Origin: a virus
Length of the DNA stretch: 64,000 bases
Direction: 5' to 3' (one strand)
UHGV virus genome: UHGV-0229283
The stretch's first letter is position 1; every line of letters starts with the position of its first letter. Under the pieces are notes generated by a model, which saw only the letters and a list, made by a program, of their open reading frames with translations, searched no databases and was not told where the DNA came from. The position numbers were made by a program, and so were the translations under genes. Below, piece after piece: positions 30,564 through 40,905 of the stretch.

Positions 30564-32111
30564 GTGTCAAATCGCAGAAACAGAAAAAGAAAGAATGCGG
30601 TGGCAAAAGCAGGGAATGAAAACCTTGCTGTGAGTCGTGTCCGTACTGGAGAACTGGGTAGTGGAGCATTGTCTCAGATTCGTGCTGAATCTGAGATTAT
30701 GAAGGTTGAAGAACTCCGCTGGCCTATGTTCCTCGCAACAGTGGATTCCATGAAGCAAGACCATACTGTTGCCACAGCGCTGGATACGAAATATGTTTTT
30801 GTCACCAAGGCTTTCAATGATTTTAAAATTCTTTTCAACCGAGATAGTGAAGAGTCTAAAAAAGCGGCAGATTTCGTCGAGTATGCTCTGAAGAATCTTG
30901 CTAACCAACAGACGCTTCGCGATGTGGCGAGAAGTGCTGCGACATTTAACGAGTATGGTTTCTCTGTATTCGAAAAGGTCTACAGAACAGAATCCGCGCC
31001 ATCTAAGTACGCAGGCTATATGACGATCGACAAAATTGCTTTCCGTCCTCAGTCAAGCCTCTCTCGTACAAAACCTTTTGTCTTCAGCGATGATGGAAGG
31101 ACAATCACAGGTGTTTATCAAAGCGCACTAGCTTTTGCTAATTTCCAGAACGGGATGAACCAGATTGCTGGGGCCATGAGTCTCGTCACAAATCTGTCAG
31201 GAAGTGCGGATGAGAAATTCATTCCTGTGAATAAGTTGATGATAATGTCTCTTGGTGGGACAGAATCAAACCCTACAGGTGTATCACCTCTTGTTGGTTG
31301 TTACCGTGCATTCCGTGAAAAAATCCTGATCGAAAACCTCGAAGTTATAGGGGCATCTAAGGACCTCGGCGGTATCATTGAATTAAAGATCCCTTCTTCA
31401 ATTCTGAATAAGGCATCTATGGACCCGAGATCACCTGAAGCAGATATGGTTCGTGGCCTGATGGCTGACGCTGCAAACGCACATTCAGGTGAACAATCTT
31501 ACTTCATCTTACCTTCAGATATGAATGATAAGGGCGGTGAGCAGTATAAGATGACCCTTAAGGGAATCGATGGGGTTGGTAAACAGTACAGTACCAAGGA
31601 CCTAATACAAGAGCGTAAGAAGGCGATCTTGGACAGATTTGGTGCGGGATTCATCAACTTAGGGAATGATGGTCAAGGGTCTTACAACCTGTCGGAATCA
31701 AAACAAACAATCCACGGACATTTTGTTCAACGAGATATCGATATTATTTGTGAATCATTCAACAAGAACTTGATTCCTCAACTACTCGCTCTTAATAATA
31801 TCCGTTTGTCTGATGAAGACATGCCAAGACTTAAGCCTGGAGCTATCCAGGAAGTTGATATGGAAAGCTTCTCCAAATTTGTTCAGAGAATTGGTGCTGT
31901 TGGTTATCTGCCGAAGACACCTACAGTTATCAACAAGATCCTTGAGGTTGGTGGGTTTGATGAAGAGATTCCTGAAAACACATCTCAAGAGGAACTACTC
32001 AAGATCCTTGGGGAAGATACCAGTCGCTCCGGTGATGGAATGAAGCAAGGTACTTCTGGTAATGGGACGTCTAAAGTAAGAGATAATTCTGTCTCTAACT
32101 TGGATAACTAA
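30564..32111 (+). CDS. portal protein
   Basis: 515-aa ORF immediately after terL; size and position typical of a portal. Confidence 0.65.
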   Translation: MSNRRNRKRKNAVAKAGNENLAVSRVRTGELGSGALSQIRAESEIMKVEELRWPMFLATVDSMKQDHTVATALDTKYVFVTKAFNDFKILFNRDSEESKKAADFVEYALKNLANQQTLRDVARSAATFNEYGFSVFEKVYRTESAPSKYAGYMTIDKIAFRPQSSLSRTKPFVFSDDGRTITGVYQSALAFANFQNGMNQIAGAMSLVTNLSGSADEKFIPVNKLMIMSLGGTESNPTGVSPLVGCYRAFREKILIENLEVIGASKDLGGIIELKIPSSILNKASMDPRSPEADMVRGLMADAANAHSGEQSYFILPSDMNDKGGEQYKMTLKGIDGVGKQYSTKDLIQERKKAILDRFGAGFINLGNDGQGSYNLSESKQTIHGHFVQRDIDIICESFNKNLIPQLLALNNIRLSDEDMPRLKPGAIQEVDMESFSKFVQRIGAVGYLPKTPTVINKILEVGGFDEEIPENTSQEELLKILGEDTSRSGDGMKQGTSGNGTSKVRDNSVSNLDN

Positions 32112-32175
32112 GCAACTCACTGAAATAACTTGCAAAAGAAAATAAACGGTGTTAAAATAACTATCAACGGGGAAA

Positions 32176-32805
32176 ATGATGAAATACTCAAGTATTGCTG
32201 ACCTTCCTGCATCAGTATCGAATCTGTCTCTCATTCAGAAGAGCAAGGTGCTGGTTCTCGCAAATGGCCTGATTGATTCAGGCCTATCTCCTGAAGCCGC
32301 TATTGAGAAAGCATCTAAAGATGTACTCCATGTAGGGCTGAAGAAGACAGCAATTCAAAAGAATGCCAAGCCTGTATCTGTTGTCAAAGATGCTGGAGAA
32401 CAAATGATTTCTTACGAAGTCATTTATGAACCAAACACTAGGGATGCCCACGGTGAATGGATGTCTCCAGAGACAATCGTCAAAGGTAAGGAAAGTTTCG
32501 ATGCTGCGCGAGCGGCTGGTCTTGTTAAAGAGAACCTGTTCCACATTGTCGAGACTGATGCCTTTACCATCGAGAAGACTTGGATTCAAGAAGAGTTTGA
32601 TGTCGTGGTTATCGGTAGCGAGCAAATCATTAAAGCTGGCACCTGGGTAGCTAAGGTTAAATACAATGATCCTGAACTGTGGCTCTTGAAAAAGGCCAAC
32701 GCTGTCGGTGGACTGAGCATTCAATGCTCTGGCTACACAGACAAGGAGACTGGTGAAATCACCGGACTCGATTTCGGGATTGAGATTGCCGAGGAAAACG
32801 AATGA
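32176..32805 (+). CDS. putative prohead protease
   Basis: 209-aa ORF between portal and scaffold. Candidate catalytic His (DAHGEW) and Ser (GGLSIQ) in HK97-like spacing. Confidence 0.4.
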   Translation: MMKYSSIADLPASVSNLSLIQKSKVLVLANGLIDSGLSPEAAIEKASKDVLHVGLKKTAIQKNAKPVSVVKDAGEQMISYEVIYEPNTRDAHGEWMSPETIVKGKESFDAARAAGLVKENLFHIVETDAFTIEKTWIQEEFDVVVIGSEQIIKAGTWVAKVKYNDPELWLLKKANAVGGLSIQCSGYTDKETGEITGLDFGIEIAEENE

Positions 32806-33797
32806 GCGCACTCGTAGTCAAGGCCAAAACTATTAAGGATAAGGGTATCGCACTCTGCCACGAGAGTCAAGGTTATTCTGCAAATATGCGTCCGGTTAGT
32901 CTTCTGATGAAGTCTGACCTTGCACCTGAACAGATTACCAAAGACGTGGTTAAGGCACTTCGCCAAGTTACTGTCGATATGAGCTTTGAAGAATTCCTTC
33001 GTCGCTTCTTCGATATGTGGAGTAGTGATGCTGAACTCCTTGCCAAACTTTTGGGCTTCGAAACAGAACTGGAAAACGCTGCTGCTGAAAATCCTGATGA
33101 TGAATGGCTGCAACGTTGGAATGATGATAACCAAGAATGGTTAGAATCGAAGATGGAGTCCATCTCTATCGCCAAAGCTGCAAATGCAGGTGAAGAGCTG
33201 GACCTTGTGAAGCAATATGAACTAATCAAACTCCAACAGATGTTTGAGAAGGGTGTTGCAGAGCACGGTGTCATTTTTGATGCCAAAGACACTCAGGAGA
33301 CTGAGGTCATCAAGGACGCTGCTAAACCAGACGTACCTGTTCAAAATACAATTGAAAACAAGGAGACCTCTGTGTCCGATACTGTTGATGTAACCAAATC
33401 CCAGGAGTACCTGGACCTGGTTAAAAAGCTTGAAGAAGCTAATGCAAAAAATGCCCAAGCAGAACTGATTATCAAGGCTGCTGTTGAAGCAGAAAAGAAA
33501 AATGCTCTTACAAAAGCCAAAGGTTTTACTTTTGCCGCTGAAGAAGACCATGAATCTCTTGCTGACTTCATCATTGAAAAAGCTAACGCCCCAGTGGTAG
33601 CTCTTCTGGAAAAAGCCCAAGCTCGTATTAGCGAACTGGAAACAGAAGTTGAAACTGTGAAGAAAGAGTTCGGTACTCAGGAAAATGGTATCAACCAAGA
33701 GGTTGTTACTGAAGACCTAGCTAAGTCCGCCGAAGATGTTCTTAAAGCTAACGTGCAGAAAGCTCTAGAAGCTGCTCGCGCTCGCAAAACTGCCTAA
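32802..33797 (+). CDS. scaffolding protein
   Basis: Highly acidic, Ala/Glu/Lys-rich coiled coil located before the capsid genes. Confidence 0.55.
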   Translation: MSALVVKAKTIKDKGIALCHESQGYSANMRPVSLLMKSDLAPEQITKDVVKALRQVTVDMSFEEFLRRFFDMWSSDAELLAKLLGFETELENAAAENPDDEWLQRWNDDNQEWLESKMESISIAKAANAGEELDLVKQYELIKLQQMFEKGVAEHGVIFDAKDTQETEVIKDAAKPDVPVQNTIENKETSVSDTVDVTKSQEYLDLVKKLEEANAKNAQAELIIKAAVEAEKKNALTKAKGFTFAAEEDHESLADFIIEKANAPVVALLEKAQARISELETEVETVKKEFGTQENGINQEVVTEDLAKSAEDVLKANVQKALEAARARKTA

Positions 33798-33816
33798 TAT
33801 CGAGGAGATAATATAA

Positions 33817-34239
33817 ATGGCTAATCCGATTCAAGGGTTCTACTCTGACATCGTCCTGGGTAAAGTTGATTCTTCTGATCAGGGCTACAGCTTCCTGGAA
33901 ATGGAAATCACTTATTCCGCAGGGCTGAAGGCCGGTATGATCGTTAAGTCTGATGGTACTCTGGCTGCAACTGCCGACGCTGCAAGCGCATTTGGTGTAA
34001 TCACCGACCGCGACCTGGTGACTTCTTCTTACACCATGCCACGTCCTTTCGTAGTTGGTCAAAAATACAATTTCGTGGTTGCTGTTCGTGGTCTGACCCT
34101 GAACAAATCCAAACTGTTCTTTGCTGACGGTACTACTGCTATCAACGCTGCTGCTATCGCTGCTCTTGAGGCCAAAGGTCTGAAGATCACTGATAAATAT
34201 TACGACGGCTCCGTTGAGATCCCAGTAACGTCTATCTAA
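33817..34239 (+). CDS. head protein (possible decoration/auxiliary capsid protein)
   Basis: 140-aa ORF with strong RBS directly upstream of the major capsid gene. Confidence 0.35.
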   Translation: MANPIQGFYSDIVLGKVDSSDQGYSFLEMEITYSAGLKAGMIVKSDGTLAATADAASAFGVITDRDLVTSSYTMPRPFVVGQKYNFVVAVRGLTLNKSKLFFADGTTAINAAAIAALEAKGLKITDKYYDGSVEIPVTSI

Positions 34240-34259
34240 TCTACACCAAGGAGAAAATA

Positions 34260-35273
34260 ATGGCAGTAGTACGCACTAATGATTTCCAGATCGTTGACCT
34301 AGGCGCAACTCTGGAAATTGTACCTCGTCAGTACCGTATGATCACCAACATGAACCTTTTCGAGGCTTATCACGGTGTCTCTACTATCGCCCAGATCGAG
34401 CGTGTTGACGAAGTTGTAACCGACTTCCCAGCTCGTCGTCGTCAGGGTGAACGTAACTACGTTGGTACTGAAAAGGCCCAACTGAAAAACTTCAACATCC
34501 CGTTCTTCCCGCTGGATCGTCAGATCACTCCGGCAGACGTACAGAACTTCCGTAAATATTTCACTGCGGACGCTCCTAAATCTGTACAGGATGTAGTTGA
34601 ACGCGTTGTTCGTCGTATCCGTATTTCTCATGAACAGCTTAAAGAAAAAGCAATGCTTCAGGCAATCATGGGTAAATCTTGGGCACCGCAGGACCCGACC
34701 GCTCAGTATAACTACTTCACCGAATGGGGTGTTACCCAGGAAGTTGTTAACGTAGATTTCACTGACGTTGCAGTTGACCCGTCTGACCTGCTCGAAAACG
34801 ATGGTCGTGCATTCATCATCGACAACGCGGGTGACAACGGAAACAACTACGACATCGTAGTCCTGGCTTCTCGTAAATGGTTCTCTGCTTTCGTAGGTCA
34901 CCCGCTGATCATGAACGCATACCAATACTACAGTTCCACTCAAGAACCGCTGCGCCGTCGTCTTGGTGACGGACAAGAGAACGCTAACAACCGTTCCTTC
35001 GTTCATAAGAACGTTCTGTACATCGAAGATATCTCCGGCTACATCCCGGACGGTGAAGCTTACATGCTGCCACGCGGTATCGACAACATGTTCCAGATCC
35101 ACTACGCGCCAGCAGACGATGTTCGTGAAGCGAACACTCCGGCACAAGAACTGTACCTGTGGTACAAATCTTCTGCTTACCTGCGTGAAGAGAAGGTTGA
35201 ATCTGAAACCTCCTTCCTGACAGTTAACTGCCGCCCAGAGCTGGTTGTTAAACTGACTGGTACTTTCGCGTAA
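34260..35273 (+). CDS. major capsid protein
   Basis: 337-aa ORF with strong RBS (aaggagaaaataatg), followed by a strong terminator; position after protease/scaffold. Confidence 0.7.
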   Translation: MAVVRTNDFQIVDLGATLEIVPRQYRMITNMNLFEAYHGVSTIAQIERVDEVVTDFPARRRQGERNYVGTEKAQLKNFNIPFFPLDRQITPADVQNFRKYFTADAPKSVQDVVERVVRRIRISHEQLKEKAMLQAIMGKSWAPQDPTAQYNYFTEWGVTQEVVNVDFTDVAVDPSDLLENDGRAFIIDNAGDNGNNYDIVVLASRKWFSAFVGHPLIMNAYQYYSSTQEPLRRRLGDGQENANNRSFVHKNVLYIEDISGYIPDGEAYMLPRGIDNMFQIHYAPADDVREANTPAQELYLWYKSSAYLREEKVESETSFLTVNCRPELVVKLTGTFA

Positions 35274-35297
35274 TATAGCTTAAAGCTACCTCTAAGA

Positions 35298-35330
35298 GGG
35301 GGAGGTGTTAATCACCTCTCCCTTTTTTCA
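35298..35330 (+). terminator. strong rho-independent terminator after major capsid gene
   Basis: GGGGGAGGTG-TTAA-TCACCTCTCCC followed by TTTTTT. Confidence 0.7.
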
Positions 35331-35391
35331 TTTTAAGATTAGCATGGTGATCTTATATGTCAAGAGGTTTATGAGGACCAAAGGAGATTCT

Positions 35392-35922
35392 ATGGCAAAT
35401 CAAAATTATCGCATTTTCCCGAACAAGGTAGAGCTTTTCAAGTTCTTTGGGGCATACATTCCCGAATTGAACATTAGCGCTTCAAGCCGCTTACCCCTAA
35501 ATGGCTTCGTCCTTGGTAAGCAAATGAAGGCTTTTCGTTCTTTCATGGAGTTTTTCCAGGAACTTGCAGACCTATCCGGTCTTCCTGTAGACGCCAAGAC
35601 CTCTACTCTGAGGATGGGCAACTTCATCGTGTTCTTTAACGGGGACATTACACCTCCGTCTGAAGTTAAACCTGTTACGGTTAGACCAAAAGCGGAAGAA
35701 ACCGTTGTTGAACAGGTTGTAGAAGATAATACAGAAATCATTGAGACAGACTCTGTGGACGTAAAGGCACTTCTTGCTGAAGCATCTGCACTGCTTGATG
35801 AAGCCGACAAAAAAGGTAGTAAAGACAAACTTGCTGAATTCGCAGCAAACAAGGGTGTTACCCTGTCGAAGAGCAAGACATTTGAAAATATGTTAGCTGA
35901 CTTCGAATCCGCACTGAAGTAA
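35392..35922 (+). CDS. hypothetical structural protein
   Basis: Start moved to ATG 35392 (RBS aaaggagattctatg); acidic C-terminus. Confidence 0.35.
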   Translation: MANQNYRIFPNKVELFKFFGAYIPELNISASSRLPLNGFVLGKQMKAFRSFMEFFQELADLSGLPVDAKTSTLRMGNFIVFFNGDITPPSEVKPVTVRPKAEETVVEQVVEDNTEIIETDSVDVKALLAEASALLDEADKKGSKDKLAEFAANKGVTLSKSKTFENMLADFESALK

Positions 35923-35941
35923 TAATCTTAGGAGATTTAAA

Positions 35942-36241
35942 ATGGCAACATCTGGTGTAGCTGGACTGGTCTACGGTACAAAACTGATTGACATTGCAAC
36001 TGGCGGAGTTATTTCCTTCGCTGATGTTATTGCTGCCGCTGGCAGTGGCGGATCTGTGGCATGGGCCGATATTACTGGTAAGCCTACCACTTTTGCTCCC
36101 GTAGCTGCAACCACTTCTGTGGTTGGCGGTGTTAAAATGGCGGCAACACAGGCCAATACGGTTGCGACTGACCTAGCTGGACTGGTTACCGACTTTAATG
36201 CCCTTCTTTCCAAGCTGAAGGCTGCTGGCATTATGGCGTAA
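35942..36241 (+). CDS. hypothetical Gly/Ala-rich protein
   Basis: 99-aa ORF followed by a terminator. Confidence 0.35.
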   Translation: MATSGVAGLVYGTKLIDIATGGVISFADVIAAAGSGGSVAWADITGKPTTFAPVAATTSVVGGVKMAATQANTVATDLAGLVTDFNALLSKLKAAGIMA

Positions 36242-36245
36242 TATA

Positions 36246-36271
36246 AAGGCCCTCCGGGGCCTTATTTTTTT
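36246..36271. terminator. bidirectional rho-independent terminator
   Basis: GGCCC-TCCG-GGGCC followed by TTATTTTTTT; sits between a plus-strand gene and a convergent minus-strand gene. Confidence 0.65.
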
Positions 36272-36660
36272 AGTAGCGGTCTCGCCTCTGGTTTCAAAGA
36301 TACCTGAAGATAAGGTTGTCGGCCATCCTTATAATATTTACAGATGTAAGTTCCTGTTGCAAGAACAGTACCGTTCACTATCCCCATATTTCTCATTACT
36401 TGGAAACTATCTTCTTGTTCTTCCATCTCATCTAACATACCTGTCTGCGTCGTCAGAGTGCCGGGAATGAATGCCTTTCTGAATTCTGTATCGCATTTCA
36501 TCCCAGCAATCCGATGAATGGCCTCTGTTTTTTCTTCAGCCGACAACCAGCTTGAAGAAACATCGTCGAATTTGTTCATATTGGGGTTGGTTTTCATAAA
36601 GTAGATAAGTCCACCCGAGACAACGATGGCTGTGATAACACCTGCTATTACTGCTTTCAT
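36262..36660 (-). CDS. membrane-anchored hypothetical protein (moron-like, opposite strand)
   Basis: Minus-strand ORF with RBS gaggag; N-terminal TM (MKAVIAGVITAIVVSGGLIYF); its 3' end overlaps the bidirectional terminator 36246-36271. Confidence 0.45.
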   Translation of the reverse strand: MKAVIAGVITAIVVSGGLIYFMKTNPNMNKFDDVSSSWLSAEEKTEAIHRIAGMKCDTEFRKAFIPGTLTTQTGMLDEMEEQEDSFQVMRNMGIVNGTVLATGTYICKYYKDGRQPYLQVSLKPEARPLLKK

Positions 36661-36784
36661 GGGATTCTCCTCAATAATTTTCTTTGAGAATAGCATCCTG
36701 TCACATGATGTCAAGTGTTTTTGATGACAAAATCGACGTTCTATGATAAGATATTGATAAATAGAAGAGCTTGAAGGAGCGAAA

Positions 36785-37303
36785 ATGACAGACCAAGAAA
36801 TTGTTGCTTATATCCGCCTGCTCCTTGGGTCCATTTCCCCGGAAGTCTTACCCGACGAGATTATCCTTGCCTTTTTGGCAATAGAGAAATCAAAGGCTAA
36901 TTACCCCGGTGATGATAACACGCCATGCACTGTTTACTACGTTATTTACAATACTCTTGTTGACGTGGTACGTTGGTTGATTCTTCAGGAAGTGAACACA
37001 GGAGAGGCATCGATCACGGATCGCCTTGAAAAGATTGGTGATGAAACTATCCAGATCAAAGGTGGATCTCCTTATCAGAATTGGAAAGACTTCCTCGACT
37101 GGCTGCTTGAAAACCCTGACTATGTCAATGATTGCTTAAGTGCGGTCAGAGGCCTTGTTATCGTTGGGGGAGTTCGTGAAGACGAGTTCAACCGTGTTAA
37201 ATACGACAGAAACTCCCGTGGACCTTTCGATGTTGGAGGTATAATTCCACAGACTGGTGTTCCAGGAATTCCTCGTCGATACCCTCGCCGTTGGCCTTGC
37301 TAA
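36785..37303 (+). CDS. hypothetical structural protein (possible head-tail adaptor)
   Basis: Position between the head and tail modules. Confidence 0.3.
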   Translation: MTDQEIVAYIRLLLGSISPEVLPDEIILAFLAIEKSKANYPGDDNTPCTVYYVIYNTLVDVVRWLILQEVNTGEASITDRLEKIGDETIQIKGGSPYQNWKDFLDWLLENPDYVNDCLSAVRGLVIVGGVREDEFNRVKYDRNSRGPFDVGGIIPQTGVPGIPRRYPRRWPC

Positions 37304-37368
37304 CTATCCAAACCTTTATCGTTGATTTTGCTAAGATAATGTGGTAAAATACCTAAACGGATGCAGTC

Positions 37369-37842
37369 ATGAGACCAAATTTCACAAGTACGCAAGATCT
37401 TAGCCAGCTGATGAACTTCTTTAATGTGGTTAAGAAGCTGGAGGATCGTCAGGTAAGCTATGGCTTTTTCGACGATCCTCACTATTCCGGCCTGAATACT
37501 GCAACTCTTGCAGCGATTCATCAAGAGGGTTGGAATAACCTCCCGGCTCGTACTTTCATGACCAGCGCGGGTGTTCTTTTCCAGAAAGAACTTAAAAAAT
37601 TTCAGATCGACCTCTTTGGTCAATTGGCTGCGGGAGCGCAAGACCCGACTCCAGTCCTGAAACAAATCGGTCAAGCAGGTGCAGAAAAGATTCGGTATGT
37701 CATCGAAGGTGGTCTGTTCCCTAATAACATCGTATCTGATGCATGGGCTGATGTCAAAGGATTTAAAGAGGCCATGTTCCACTACGGCGACCTGAAGTCA
37801 TCTGCAACCTATAAGATTTCCACTGGGAAGGGGACTAAATGA
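37369..37842 (+). CDS. hypothetical structural protein
   Basis: Plus-strand ORF preferred over the overlapping antisense ORF 37300-37782. Confidence 0.35.
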   Translation: MRPNFTSTQDLSQLMNFFNVVKKLEDRQVSYGFFDDPHYSGLNTATLAAIHQEGWNNLPARTFMTSAGVLFQKELKKFQIDLFGQLAAGAQDPTPVLKQIGQAGAEKIRYVIEGGLFPNNIVSDAWADVKGFKEAMFHYGDLKSSATYKISTGKGTK

Positions 37843-38276
37843 CACCAGGCTACAGATTAATAGGCAGGAATAAGCTGATTCCGAGAAAGACTTTCATCGG
37901 GAGACATCGTACTTTTTCCCAGCCAGACCCAAGCAATCCATTCGAAAACCAAGAGATCGCTATTCAGTATGAAGAGTTCGATGTCTTGGAATGCGTTGTT
38001 CAGCCTCTGACAGGCAAGGCAGCAAGAGACTACACTTCTCAGTTGACCGAGGCTGGCGGCAGACAGTATGATTCATTCACTGTATATTCGTCAACTCTTC
38101 TTAAAGGTCCTGTCGAAGGTTCTTTCCTGCTAGCAGACCAAATCCAGCTCATGAATTCCCGTGGGGAAATGGAATGGTTTACTGTTATCAAGTCTGATCC
38201 GTATCAGACGACAGGGGTTAGCCGTTACAGAGCGTATGTGATCTCTACGCCTGCGGGGACAGAAGGAGGCCTATGA
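37839..38276 (+). CDS. hypothetical structural protein
   Basis: Translationally coupled (ATGA) to the upstream gene. Confidence 0.35.
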   Translation: MTPGYRLIGRNKLIPRKTFIGRHRTFSQPDPSNPFENQEIAIQYEEFDVLECVVQPLTGKAARDYTSQLTEAGGRQYDSFTVYSSTLLKGPVEGSFLLADQIQLMNSRGEMEWFTVIKSDPYQTTGVSRYRAYVISTPAGTEGGL

Positions 38277-38818
38277 TGGCAGACTTCGTAACAAACTCCG
38301 ATGATATTTTTGACGCCCTCGCAGTTACGCTCGCCAGATTTTGCAAAGAAGTCACGGGGAGAAAAATAATTGACGGGGACGGAGACGTCATATCCAAGGT
38401 AGAGGGTGAGTTCATCATGCTCAACCAAGTTACCGCTGACCAGATGGACTGGGCTGCGAACGAGTGGGTAGATGAGAGCGGTAACGCTGTAATAACTCAC
38501 AACTACGAGGTGGTTTACAACCTGACAGCATTTCGAGGAAAAGCATCAAATGCATTAACTCGGATTCTACAGGCCTTGAGCCTCCCCTACATCTGCGACA
38601 AGTATTTTCCAACCAATTCCCCATTTGCATATTCTTCTTCCTCAACGGTATCGCGCCAGAGAGTTCCGTTGAACATGCAAACCTTCGAAAACCGTGCAAC
38701 TGTACTTATCACTTTTAACGTCTGCGTTGGAGTGACAGATACAGGAGCTTTCGAGGATATCGAGAGGGTGAATGCAGAGATGGTTTATTACTATCCGGCT
38801 CCAGATGATCAACAATAA
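38273..38818 (+). CDS. hypothetical structural protein
   Basis: Translationally coupled to the upstream gene. Confidence 0.35.
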   Translation: MMADFVTNSDDIFDALAVTLARFCKEVTGRKIIDGDGDVISKVEGEFIMLNQVTADQMDWAANEWVDESGNAVITHNYEVVYNLTAFRGKASNALTRILQALSLPYICDKYFPTNSPFAYSSSSTVSRQRVPLNMQTFENRATVLITFNVCVGVTDTGAFEDIERVNAEMVYYYPAPDDQQ

Positions 38819-38850
38819 CTTTATGAAAGAAATAGAAGAAGAGGAAATCA

Positions 38851-40347
38851 ATGGCTTATAATGATAAGGTTGTTGACGTAACGGTTGTTCTCGGGACACA
38901 ACCAATCGACACCGTAGGGTTTGAAACCCCTCTATTTATCGCAATTCACAACGTTTTCCCAGAACGAGTACGTACATATACAGATCTGGATGAACTCGCT
39001 GCTGATGGTTTCGCTGTAGGTTCCCCTGCGTATACTTTTGCGACAAAAGCCTTTGCTGGGACTTTCCGCCCCCAAGCGCTTATGATCGGAAGGCAAGCAT
39101 GGGAATCAACAGTTATCGATTTCACAGGGCAGACTAACGTAGATCCTAATAACCCAGTAAGTTTCAACGTTGCAGCAGGTGCGTATACTAAAAGCATCGT
39201 TATTCCTGTTACTACCGCATCTACACCAGAGAGTATTGCAACAGCCCTGGCATCTGCAATCAACTCCGATACCACGCTTAATGTAATTGTCGGTGCAGTA
39301 GCTACAACTGGTGTTGTAACAATCACTCCGAAAGGTGATGGCTCTCTGCTAGCTACTAACAATGATGAGGTGGTTACAACCGAATCTGACCAAGGCATCA
39401 TGGCAACATCTTCTGATGTTATCGGCGAGCCGTTTAGCATCGGTGTTGACTCCGGTGATTGCACACTGACTAACAACTCAACTGAGACTGTAAGCGGTGT
39501 TCTACCACAGGTAGAAACTGCAAACAGCAACTGGTACTTCCTGAGCACAGAACAACATGTTTCTTCTGCAATTCTGGGAGCTGCCGCTTATGCTGCTGCT
39601 AACTATAAGCTTCACGTCTATTCAACATCCGATCCGCTGTCAAAAGTTGTCGACGGAGATTCTATTGCTAATCAACTGAAAGCACTTCAGTATGATACTA
39701 GCATTGGTATGTATGACCCGCTTGCTGATAGTGCATTCCCTGAAGGTGGTATCATCGGTGCAATGGCATCTAATGACCCATCCTATGGTGACTCAATCCA
39801 CCTGAAGACAATGCCGGGTGTTATTGCTCCGACCCTGAGTTCTTCTGAGCGTCCAGCTATCTGGGGCCAGAACCTGAACTTCTATCGTATGATTAATGGT
39901 GTCGGCGCATTCTGGGAAGGTAAGTGTGCCTCCGGTCAGTATGTCGATGTTGTCCGTTTTGGTCACTGGCTGAAGTTCAGAAGTGAAGAAAGTATCTTCG
40001 CCTACATGTCTCGCCGTTCTAATCTTGGCCTGTCCATGAAAATGAGCGATGATGATCTGCCGAACCTGAAGTCAGTCCTGATGAACAGTCCTCTGAATGT
40101 CGGTATTACCAACGGCTCTATTCTGACCGGGTATGATTCCGTCAACAAAGTGTTCTACGATCCGGTTGTAACAATCCCGCTTCGTGCAAACATACCATCT
40201 AATGATCTGGCATCTCGTACTCTTAACAACGTTAAGGTAGAGCTAGTCTACAACAGCGCCCTGCATTTCGTCAAGATCCGCATCTCTGTTCTGCTAGACA
40301 AAACCGGGTCTACTTCTTCCAGCGGACAAGTAACAGCAGGAGTGTAA
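38851..40347 (+). CDS. tail sheath protein
   Basis: 498-aa ORF followed directly by a 157-aa tube-sized ORF, a chaperone and a tape measure (myovirus order). Confidence 0.55.
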   Translation: MAYNDKVVDVTVVLGTQPIDTVGFETPLFIAIHNVFPERVRTYTDLDELAADGFAVGSPAYTFATKAFAGTFRPQALMIGRQAWESTVIDFTGQTNVDPNNPVSFNVAAGAYTKSIVIPVTTASTPESIATALASAINSDTTLNVIVGAVATTGVVTITPKGDGSLLATNNDEVVTTESDQGIMATSSDVIGEPFSIGVDSGDCTLTNNSTETVSGVLPQVETANSNWYFLSTEQHVSSAILGAAAYAAANYKLHVYSTSDPLSKVVDGDSIANQLKALQYDTSIGMYDPLADSAFPEGGIIGAMASNDPSYGDSIHLKTMPGVIAPTLSSSERPAIWGQNLNFYRMINGVGAFWEGKCASGQYVDVVRFGHWLKFRSEESIFAYMSRRSNLGLSMKMSDDDLPNLKSVLMNSPLNVGITNGSILTGYDSVNKVFYDPVVTIPLRANIPSNDLASRTLNNVKVELVYNSALHFVKIRISVLLDKTGSTSSSGQVTAGV

Positions 40348-40350
40348 TAA

Positions 40351-40824
40351 ATGGATACTAGAATTTTAACCCCGTATGCTTACGACCCACAGAAAGCGCG
40401 TCTCTATATGATGACTCAGCGCGTCACTGGGTTCGCAGCAGATACCAAGATCGTCGTTGCTCGCAACGAAGATAACATCATCCCCCACATGGGGGTTGAT
40501 GGTGAACTGTCAGCAGCGCTGTCTCGTAACCAATCTGGTGTCCTGACGGTCTCTCTACAGAACACTTCGGTATGGAACGGATACTTGGCTAACTGGCAGA
40601 AACAAGCTTCCATCACTGGCCTGATTTTCTTCCCTGTCCTTCTTGAAGGCTCCCAAGGTATGGGTCTGAGCACAGTTGGTTGGATTCAGAAACAGCCTGA
40701 CCTGACCTACGGTACTGAAGTGGGCCAGATGGATTGGGAAATCGGAATCCTGGATGCATGGTTAAGCCCAGATACTCTGTACGCTACAGGCTTCGGTCTG
40801 GCTGGCCTTGCAGGTATCGTCTAA
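40351..40824 (+). CDS. tail tube protein
   Basis: 157-aa ORF between the sheath and the chaperone. Confidence 0.5.
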   Translation: MDTRILTPYAYDPQKARLYMMTQRVTGFAADTKIVVARNEDNIIPHMGVDGELSAALSRNQSGVLTVSLQNTSVWNGYLANWQKQASITGLIFFPVLLEGSQGMGLSTVGWIQKQPDLTYGTEVGQMDWEIGILDAWLSPDTLYATGFGLAGLAGIV

Positions 40825-40905
40825 TAGCGTTTCGTGTGCCACAAGGATGTGGCCTTTTCAAACACGCATGGATATAACAACCTTAAAAGACGCAGGAGCG
40901 TACAC

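Noticed and set aside
34299-35147. Long antisense ORFs inside confidently called genes (34299-35147, 37300-37782, 5141-5899, 15912-16487, 16534-17226, 61042-61518, 38946-39548)
   Set aside because: They are fully embedded antisense to conserved enzymes or structural genes, have no RBS, and their amino-acid composition is low-complexity. Treated as shadow ORFs.
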